DNA of 43,930 nucleotides from Octopus sinensis (Eukaryota). The DNA is taken from contig NW_021835092.1 of assembly GCF_006345805.1 (NCBI RefSeq), positions 1 to 43,930 on the forward strand. The letters are read 5' to 3'. This document shows positions 26,201 through 37,803 of the stretch, piece after piece (position 1 is the first letter of the stretch; every line of letters starts with the position of its first letter). The notes beneath the pieces are model-generated. The model was not told the DNA's origin. It did not search any database and worked only from the letters and a program-made list of their open reading frames with translations. The position numbers were made by a program, and so were the translations under genes.

Positions 26201-27383
26201 TTTCAGCTGACCAGCTTCTGTCAAAGCGTCGAACCCATGCCAGCTTTGAAAACAGTCGATACATTATCATGATGATGATGATGATGAATTAATAAGGAAA
26301 CATCTTTTGATGAAGAAAGTGAAGTAAGGGAAGTAAGAATCGGTGTCACAGTTGAGGCAGAACACCAACGCATAGTTGATAATTTGTTCAGTGTTAGTCT
26401 GATGGACTATTCCAGTAGGTGGGGAGGTCGCTGGCTGTCAGAGTAGGTTCCTCTCACCAAAGTAGACATTACAACAATACACAGATGACCATCAACTGCC
26501 TGAATAGTAGTCAGTCATCTGTAGTGAGCTTTATTCATATGGGAATAGCCCAATGTCATAATTCAAAACTAACGCAGCGAAAATTTTGAAAAGTTCCCCC
26601 AGTTCTGAAAAAATTCGATAAATTCGACATGGAGTCGAGAATCTAAACTTTTTATATGCAACACATCTTCTGTCTAGAGGACGCAACTCGACCTTTTTAT
26701 CGCCCAAAGGGACAGCTAGGAACATCGTATACACAGAAGTATTCGAGTGAAGAGAAGATATTGCAACCTACACATGCGCCTTCGTTCCCAAGAGGGAAAG
26801 GACTAGATTGGGTCTAGTCGTTGCCTACTAGGGGCTCTTACATACCCAGGCAATGCCGGGCTATGCTGCTAGTATTATATAAAAGAAATGTGACAGAGAG
26901 CTGTTTCAGGCAGAATTCTTCATGGAATGGACAAGATGTATTTATTATCATGGCACCAGCACTATAAATGTTACTGTCTATCATATGAACCTCTCTTCTA
27001 CCCAGTATCATTGTTAATTCAGAATAATATCTCCTGTCTTGAATAGATCATTTCTCCTTCAAATTTTGATGACCGTGTTTGTATGGCCAACATTCGAGAT
27101 GGATCACCTTCTCTACCATGGAGAGGTCGTGCCTTTGAGGACGGAAGGGGACGGAATAGAGAATAGTGTTTGTTACATAATAATATAACTAAGGGTTACC
27201 ATTGTGACTGGATCAGGAAATGGTAATGGAGGATGGGGTTGGTAGGTGAGAATTGCGATATAAACAATGTCTGTTTCTGTCTGTCTTTCTCTGTCAGTTT
27301 GTCTATTTTACACACACACAGACGCACAAATGCACACACACACACGCACACACACACAAACACACACACACAGACGCACAAAT

Positions 27384-27416
<33 letters not shown>

Positions 27417-30400
27417 ATGTGAAAACTTACCTGATCTAACATGGTCATGTGCTCCACCTCAGAATGAAAGTTGTTTTTTCTTTTTAACGCCAGATGCAGG
27501 CAATTATTTCCTCCATGTTCAACAACATTTACATTCGTGCCCCTGGCTATCAGCCGCTGCATTATTCCGAGGTGACCGTCCGAGACAGCTTCAAGCAATG
27601 GTGTCCTATATTCTTTGTTCACAATTTCTAAATTCACCGAATCCTTTGTGGAGGTAAAAATGGAAAATGAAAATTTACATGAAAATCAGGGTTGATATCA
27701 ATGTCATTACAGTTTTCTACTGGGTACTAGATCAAACTGATCAAATACATTTGATGTTTGTCAGTGAAATAAATCTTCCATAAGGACCTTCTATAACCTG
27801 ATACATGTGTGTGTTAGAGACATGATAAACATATTAAGATGTCCTACATTTGCCCCTCACTATAGTAAGTTGTAGGGCAACAGAACTAGAGTAAACACAT
27901 GATTAGCAGATCAAGTCAAGTAAAGAAGAATTATAATTTCTAATGTCTACTTTTGACGTTGCTACATTAATAAGGGGTTCATAAAACTGCTGAGCCGGTT
28001 AGCGTCCACATGCATAAAACTAATGCGCACGCACGCACACACACATAAACATCAGTGTTACATATATAAATACATATAATGAATTGGGGAAACGGAGTTC
28101 ATGAGAATATGCATCACAACGATCGTTTCGACCCATCTTGCATCGGTCGATGGCGGGTGGGCTACTATACAACGTGTTGTGTTGCATCCTCCAGTGCAGA
28201 TGCATCTCATCGGGTGCCTTGTTTTAATGTAAAGATACCTCACTAAATATATTCAGTTTCACTTGACATGTTGTTGCTAGGAGCTTCTTGGATTACAACA
28301 TGAGAGACAACAGCCTCCTGGCAACAACAACATTCCAAGCGAAACCGAATATATTTACAGAGGTATCTTCTTTAAAAGAAGACACCCGATGACATGCATC
28401 TGCACCGGAGGATGTCCCACAACCAGTTATACAATATCCTACCTGCATGGGCCCGATGCAAGATGGATTGAAACAATCGTTGCGATGAATGAAAATTCTC
28501 GTTAACTCCATTTTCTGCTACCCTCAGTCATTATAAACTGAACGAACACTGCAGAATACATGAGGTAGATCCAGTGTCACTTATAGCTCAACTGTGGATG
28601 ACATGAGGTAACCGAATCAGCGAAAGATCTTTAAGCGTCATACTTCTAAATGTATACACAAATTCCAAATATTTACAAATACACACGCACACACACACAC
28701 ACATACAGGGAAGATGATGCTTTGGACGGGAAGAATTACAGAGGTATCAAACTATTAGATGAAGCAATGAAAATTACAGAGAGGGTCACAGACAAAATAA
28801 TTAGGATGTGTGTTAGACCAGAAGAGATGCAATTTGGTTTTGTGCCACAGCGAAGCACCTCTGATGCTATATTCCTGATACGGCGGCTGCAGGAAAAGTA
28901 CAAAGCCAAAGATAAACTCTTGTACTGGGCCTTTGTTAAACACGGAGAAAGGCTTTGACAGGATCCCTCGATCCCTTATTTGCTGGTCACTGCAAAAGCT
29001 AGGGATGGACGAATGGTTGGTGAGAGCGTTACAAGTCATGTACAGGGATGCTGTCAGTAAGGTGAGGTTTGGCATCGTGTGTAGCAATCAATTAGGGTAC
29101 AAGTAGGGGTTCACCATGGATTAGTCCTCAGCTCCTTCCTGTTTATCAGAGTCCTGCAGGCAATAACTGAGGAATTTAAGAAGAACTGCTTCTAGGAGAT
29201 CCCCAATGCTGATGACCTTGTTATCATAGCCGAAAAACTTTCAGAACTAGGTAAATTTTAGGTATATCAGTAAGGGCTAGAATCAAAGGACCCTAAACTT
29301 AGTCTAACAAAAACCAGTTTTAGTAAGTAGGAAAGCGGACAATTCACAAATCCCCTTAGGAAGATGGCACTGTTCGATCTGTAGAAAAAGCGTAGGTAGG
29401 AAGTTCATAAGATGTGCCCAGTGTAAGGTATGGACACATAAGTGTTACAGCAATATCAGAGGAAGGTTAACAGGGATAATAGTTTTTCTGTGTGGAAGGT
29501 GCACAGGTACAATAAACAGCACAAATGTAGAGAAAATAGAGCCATCAATTGCCAGGTAGGAGCTACTGGTAGTTGATAGTTTCCGCTATCTCGGTGGCCA
29601 AGTCAGGAGTGTGGTTGGTTGTTCCTTGAGTATAGCTGCAAGAATAAGAATAAGATGTGCAAAGTTCAGAGTAATCTTAACTCTAATGGTAACAAAGAGC
29701 GTCTCCCTGAGATTGAAAGGCAGACGTTATGATGCCTGTGTGTAAACAACTATGTTACATGTCAATGAAACATGGGCTGTGACTTCTGAGGACTTCCATA
29801 GGCTTCAAAGAAATGAAGCCAGTATGTCTCGCTGGGTGTACAATGTCAGTGTGCATGTACGACAGAGTATGGAGGCCTTGAGAGAAAAGCTGGGCATTGG
29901 AGACATCAAATGGAGTGTGCAATGAGACGTCTGCGTTGGTATGGTCTTGCGATGTGTATGGACATGGACAGCTGTGTCAAAAAGTGCCGATCTCTAACTG
30001 TGGAAGGATCCTTTGGAAGACGGAGACCCAAGAAGACTTTCGATGAGTTGATGAAGAATGATCTCCAACCGTTGGACATCATAGAGGAGATGACAAGTGA
30101 CCGAGAGCCCTGGTGATATTCTCTGCGGGAGAGGACATGTCAGGCCAAGTGACGATAAGGATGTGGTCGTGCCAGTGTCCTATAAGTGGCAGCCGTGCAT
30201 CATAGCCGTGGCTGTTCGCTTCCGGTGCCATGTCAATGACACCTGGGTATCGTAGTTGTGGTCACCGATGGTGCCATGTAAATTGGCACCTGGGAATTAT
30301 CGTCGTTGGTGGTGCCATTTAAATGGCAACCATCCGTGAATCGTAGTCGTGGCCATTGTCGGTGTCATGCAAGTGGCACCCGTGCCGGTGGCATCTGAAA

Positions 30401-30764
30401 GCACCAGTTACACACCTGGGGTGGTTAGCATTAGGAAGGACATCGAGCTGTAGAAACCATGCCAAATCAGACAGGAACGTGGGGCAGCTCACCGACTCAT
30501 AATCTCCTGTCAAACCAGCCGACACATGCCAGTATGGTGAGTGGATGTTAAATGATGATAATGATGGTGATGATGATGATGATGGTGGTGATAACGCACA
30601 AATAGAGACATAGACATACACAAATATGAAAGTAACAATCAAAACTATCATTGTTTAATATATATATATACATGTGTATATTTAGGGCTAAAAACCACTA
30701 TGTGGACAGCCATATGCTAGTAGAAGATCACATACGATCTAACCATAAATCCATTCATCTCCAG

Positions 30765-30808
<44 letters not shown>

Positions 30809-32571
30809 TAGATAGAAAGATAGATAGATATGTTTCTTTATTAGCCACACAGGGCTGCACACAGATAGAACAAATTACAAGGTAGAGCTTTTCTTTTGAA
30901 GGTTTAAAAAAAAAAAAGAAAGGAAGGGGGAGTTTCGATCAAAAGGGATCGTAAAAGGAGAGAAAGAGGACAAAAAAGGGGGGGTTAAAAAAAAGGGGGA
31001 GAGGAAAAAAAATTGATCAATAGGGATCAGATAGATAGATAGATAGATAGACAGAGAGAGATAGAGAGACAGACAGACAGATAGATAGATAGATAGACAG
31101 AGAGAGAGATAGAGAGACAGACAGACAGGCAGATAGATAGAAAGATAGACAGATAGAGAGAAAGATAGATAGATAGATAAATAGATGGATAGATAGATAG
31201 ATAGATAGATAGATGGATAGATAGAGAGAGAGAGAGAGAGAGAGATAGAAAGAAAGAAATAGATAGACACACACATCCATATATACATGGTTGTAGTGTA
31301 AGGAACATTTTTCCCAGCCATACACGGTTCCACGTTGAATCCCTCTGCATGGAAACTCAGGCAAGTATATTCTACCCTTACCTAGGGCTGAACAAAATCT
31401 TATAAGCGGATTTGGGAAATGAAAACTGAAAGAAGCTTCATAACAGGAGTGTGTCTATGTGTGTGCCTATGTATGTGTGTGTGTGTGAGTTAGTGTTTGC
31501 ATTTGTGTGTGTGTGTGTGTAGCGGTTCGGTAAAGAGGCTGAGAGGATAAGTGATATGCTTAAAATAAAAGAAAGGACTGGGATCGATACATTTGACTAA
31601 AAATTCAAGGTGATGCCCCAGCATGACCGCAGTCAAATGTCTAAAACAATTAATATATATATATATATATATATACCTGATGTCTGTTATATTTTGGTTC
31701 ATCTCATAATGACCTTGTTTCATTTGACCATTAAAGATATTACTATCAGTGGTGGTGGTCAGTTGGACTGTCCACACCACTAATATCAACATCAACATGA
31801 TCAATATACAATTCCTCCACAAACACAAGTGTTGTGTAGTACATGTGATTAAATCTACCCCCATTATTTCACTGGTACCTTGATAGTATTTATATTATAC
31901 AGATCAATAAGATACTGGAGAGTGTATAAAATACGTATTTATTAACTAACCTGCTTCAGCATCGCACACACCACTATATATTTTCGCCTGAAAGTAATGG
32001 ATGAGGAAAGAAAAACATGAAAAAAACAAACATCACACAGCTTGAGATAATAGTTATTAGGTCATTAAAGAAAACAAATGTAATTAGATCACAATAACTT
32101 AATTACAGCAATTATTACACACATATTCTCACACACATATATATTTATTCAATACACACTCTACACAGTAGAACAATGATATATACACACCTGAGTAAAC
32201 CCAGAAATGTAAAGACAGGAAAAATACTGCTAAGAATTCTGACAACTTATATAAACATGAAATTTAGGAAGGAAAGAAGGGCTACAGGTAATCATATGAA
32301 CCCCAGTACATCACTGGTATTGTATTTTATCAACCTTGCAAAGATGGAAGGAGAAGTTGACCTTGGCAGGATTTGAACTCTGAACGTAAAGAGTCGTAAA
32401 TAAAATAACACAATTTATTTTCTTCAAAAGTAATAAGAAAGAAGATAATCATCATCATCATCATTATCATCATCATCAGCATCATCATCATTATCATCAT
32501 CATCATCATTATCATTCTCATCATCATCATCATCCTCATCATCATCATCATCCTCAACATCATCATCATCC

Positions 32572-32610
<39 letters not shown>

Positions 32611-33092
32611 GCATCATTATCATCATTATCATTCTCATCATCATTCTCATCATCATCATCATCCTCATCATCATCATCATCCTCATCATCCTCATCATCA
32701 TCATCATCCTCATCATCATCATCATCATCATCATCCTCATCATCCTCCTCCTATCATCAGCAGCATCATCATCATCATCATCATCATTATCATTATCATC
32801 AACTTCATCCTCATCATCATAATCATCATCATCATCATTATCATCATCATCATCATCATCCTCATCATCATAATCATCATCATCATCATTATCATCATCA
32901 TCATCCTCATCATCATCATTATCATCATTCTCATACTCATCATCATCATCATCCTCATCATCCTCATCATCATCATCATCATAATCATCATCCTCATCAT
33001 CATCATCATCATCATCCTCATCCTCATCATCATTATCCTCATCATCATCATCATCCTCATCATCATAATCATCATTATCATCATTCTCATAC

Positions 33093-33123
<31 letters not shown>

Positions 33124-33532
33124 CATCATCATCATCATCCTCATCATCATCATCATCCTCATCATCCTCCTCCTATCATCAGCAGCATCATCATCATTAT
33201 CATCATCATTATCATTATCATCAACTTCATCCTCATCATCATTATCATCATAATCATCATCATCATTATCATCATTATCCTCCTCATCATCATCATCCTC
33301 ATCATCATCATCATTATCATCATCATCATCCTCATCATCATCATTATCATCATTCTCATACTCATCATCATCATCATCCTCATCATCCTCATCATCATCA
33401 TCATCCTCATCATCCTCATCATCATCATCCTCATCCTCCTCCTATCATCATCACCATCATCAGCATCATCATCATCATCATCATCATCATTATCATTATC
33501 ATCAACTTCATCCTCATCAACATTATCATCAT

Positions 33533-33577
<45 letters not shown>

Positions 33578-33951
33578 TACCATCATCATTATCCTCCTCA
33601 TCATCATCATCATCCTCATCATCATCATCTTAGTGAGTTTTCCAGTATTTAAGTTCTATACTTAGGCACACACACACACTGAACCTAAAGAGTCGTAAAT
33701 AAAATAACACAATTTATTTCCTCTGAAAGTAATAAGAAACAAGAACTGGAGAAAAGAAGGAAGACAGTTTATTAAAGGAACCCCTGGGTATTACTGGTAC
33801 AGATTATATTGACCCCAGAGTGATAGTAAATATTTTGGTAGGATTTGAACATGGAACATAAAGAGACAAATGTAAATACTGTAAGGGGATGATTCTCTAT
33901 TTAGCCCAGGGTCGGAGTAAATAGGGAAACTACAAAGGAGAGAGAGTGAGG

Positions 33952-33988
<37 letters not shown>

Positions 33989-34701
33989 AGTTCTAGATGG
34001 GATGAAAAGAAGAAGAGAGAGGATTTGAACCTGTGACGTTGAGGAAATTGAGAACGAGATGACGTAAAGTGTCCAGTCAGGCAACAACAATAACAATTAT
34101 GGTGATGATTAATTAATAAAGTAGATTACAGTGCGAAAGAGAATAGAAAGACAATGACCCCATGGTGGGATTATGACATGAATGACTGAATGCAAAAGAA
34201 AAGAACATTATTGAAAACGTAAAAGAAACAGATTTGGATATTCCAGATCCAATGGGGACTTACTGCTGAACTGCCACATGCAGTGGTGTGTCTCCATCGT
34301 TGTCTACCACATTGGCATCGATGCCATTGTGACCCAACAAAAGATCGACAGTGTGCAAGTATCCCTGATCACAGGCCCAGTGCAGCGGTGTTTGACCATC
34401 TTCATTTCGAGGATTCACCTGATAAAGAAAAGAATAAAAACACTAAAAATGGTGTCTGAAAGGGGAGTCGGGTGGTGAAGAATTAAAAGAAAAACTCACA
34501 GAAAAAGAGAAGAGAAGGAATGAAATTAATTAAACAGGTGGAATGATTGGGGTGGGGAGTAGGTAATAGAGATTTCTATTGTATATACACACACGCGTAT
34601 ACACACATACATATGTACATATAAATATATTTATACACACACACACAAACACACGCATATAGGATGAACAACTCAATAAATAAACACATAGAGCAGCAAA
34701 A

Positions 34702-34734
<33 letters not shown>

Positions 34735-35015
34735 GTTCGCGTGTGTGTGTGTTCATAGTTACATTTATTCTTTTATTCTTTCATTTGTTTCAGTCATGTG
34801 ACTGTGGCCATGCTGGAGCACTGTCGTTAGTCGAGCAAATCGACCCCAGTAAGCCTTGTACTTATTTTATTAGTTTCTTTTGCTGAAACGCTAGTTTACG
34901 GGGACGTAAACACACCAGCAGCGGTTGTCAAGCGATGTTGGGGACAAATACAGACACACAAACACACGCACGTACACACAGACACTCATAACACACACAC
35001 AGACACGCACATATA

Positions 35016-35054
<39 letters not shown>

Positions 35055-35971
35055 GGACATACATATATACATATATATATATCTGTATATATATAAGGCA
35101 AGATGTGTGTGTGTGTACGTTTTTGTAATTTATGCACATCTAGAAATTAACACGCATGCCGCTCAAATTTTAGGGGGTCATTCGTCATGACCCCGGCAGT
35201 ATTTTCGTCAAATTTCTCCCGAGACATCGGCGAATAGCGGTAAATAATTTTGAGCCATAACTTCTAAATTTTTAAGATGGCGAAAGCTACCATTGTTTAC
35301 AAAGCAAACATTAATTAAGTCACCTCCTAGCGACGGTGTAAATAGAGAGAGGGAGAAGGAGAGGGAGAGAGAGAGATTTTTATAATTTCGTCTTTTTACT
35401 GGCAATAACAGACAGACATGTGTTGTTATGTGTGAATGGCTTCAGTCACGCATACACACACGCGAGCATGTATGCGTAAAAGACACATATATGCAATGTT
35501 TGTGTGTGTGTGTGTTGCGTATATATATATACGGGCAACATAGACGATATTCTCCGTTTCTCCACAACTAATTTCCAAATTAGCTGAATCCGTTTTTCTA
35601 ATCATAGCGATATATAGCTGGTCGTGCGTGAACATGGGAGAGAGCAGAGGTTACCAGAGCAAAAGACCTACGTGTTGACTGTAGACACGCTCCTTCGCAA
35701 ACGATCAACTATTATTTTGTAAACAATGTTTCGAAACTGTTCATGTTTTCGAAAGGAGAGGGGTCAACCTAAAGCGTTTTACCCGGTCATAAAAACAAAC
35801 AAAAAAATAGTAATATGTGTAAAACAACTTCCTCTAAACGAATATGACCAAAAAAATGTGCGCTCGCGAAAGGAGGGGGGAGGAGAGGCCTATGGCCTTT
35901 TCTTTGATAATATCTTTCTTGCTTATTTAAATTCAGTTCAATGCACACTTGCCTTGAACCAAACATTTCTC

Positions 35972-36046
<75 letters not shown>

Positions 36047-36759
36047 GTGTGTGTGTATGTTCTGGATAATCGTTTAGAACAAGTTGTTTTACACCTATTA
36101 CACTATTTTTTTTTGTTTTTGTGTCCGGGTCAGACACGTAACATTCACGATGTGAATTTTCCGAGGCCTCTCCCCCGCACCCTTTCGCGAGCGCGCATTT
36201 TTTGGGTCATATTCGTTTAGAGGAATTTGTTTTACACCTATTACACTATATTTTGTTTGTTTAATGACCGGGTCAAACGCTTTAGTTTGACCAGGAGAGG
36301 TATGACTTTCACATCTCTGCGGGAGAAGGTAGGCTTCTCTCTTCCTGTTACAAAACTTACTTCCGGGAGCCAAATTTGCTTCAATTGATGGTATTACTCG
36401 GGTAGGTGGTGGTGGTGGGACAGTGGCAGTGGCAAGGCGTGCAGAAACATGTATACAATAGGTGTATGTACGTATATGTTTGTGTGTGTGTGTGTTTTGC
36501 CCATATATATAAACTTATTTGTGATCTGAACATAACCGCTTTTCACACAGAGGATCAGGAACCATTTTGGGCTTTCTATTTTCCTTGCTGGAAGGGTTCT
36601 CAATCCATGGGCAAAATGGGGTTACATAAAATAAAACAATCGATGAGTGTAAAAAATCGAGAAACCGATTTCTTATGGAACCATGTGGTTTGTAAGCAAG
36701 CTACTAACCACACAGCCACTCCTGAGCCTGTGTATATATATATATATATAATACTATAT

Positions 36760-36792
<33 letters not shown>

Positions 36793-37672
36793 TAATATAT
36801 ATATATATGAATGTGGTTGTATGTTCCTCATGAAGCTTTTTAAAATAGATATTTCTTAGTGAAATTTTCTGAAAATCAATCCCTATCCATGTCTTAATCA
36901 ACAATTATGTCTGGAGTTGGGATTGGTTTGAAACTCATCAAATGGTTTTATTTTCTCAACATAATCGGAAACACCAGAAAGTTGTGGGGAAAATATAAGG
37001 GTCTCAGGAAGTATATATATATATATTTGTGTGTATGTGTGTGTGTGTATATGTATATACATACTCATGTATATATATATATATATACATATAAACATAT
37101 ATTAATTATAATAAAGGTTTAATTGCAACAAGTTGCTCAAAACCACATACAGAAAATATTAGGAATAGCAGCCAAATAGATCACTATTTCCTCTACTAAT
37201 AAAAAAGTCTCCACAAACAAACAGAATTTGTAACCCGTATATGGTAAAGAGAAAGAAAACAACGAAATCCCAGCCTATTGGATTAATTATAGACGAATCG
37301 TTTCTGGATTAGAATCGAAAGTTCAAGGAAATGAACTTTCGATTCTAATCCAGAAACGATTCGTCTATAATTAATCCAATAGGCTGGGATTCGTTGTTGT
37401 TTTCTTTCTCTTTACCATATACGGGTTACAAATTCTGTTTGTTTGTGGAGACTTTTTTTTAGTAGGGGAAATAGTGATCTATTTGGCTGCTATTCCTAAT
37501 ATTTTCTGTATGTGGTTTTGAGCAATTTGTTGCAATTAACCCTTTATTATAATTAATATAATTCTCACCAAATATGGTCTTTTCCATACCGAAAAATCTA
37601 CTAGGTGAAATTATCAATTTTATTAAATTAATAATATTTCACCCTTTTTTGTACATATATATATATATATAA

Positions 37673-37715
<43 letters not shown>

Positions 37716-37720
37716 CATAC

Positions 37721-37753
<33 letters not shown>

Positions 37754-37754
37754 A

Positions 37755-37803
<49 letters not shown>

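Noticed and set aside
31490-31864. 124 aa minus ORF as the missing ankyrin exon
   Set aside because: No ankyrin motif; the 37-nt exon at 31951-31987 supplies the required phase and helix.
32330-33628. Four poly-Met ORFs
   Set aside because: They are the higher-order units of the ATC array, inside the intron between two frame-matched exons.
35140-35720. piggyBac or Helitron end at ctagaaattaacacgc...gggtcattcgtcatgacccc
   Set aside because: No partner terminus or clear hairpin found; probably a TE but not classifiable.
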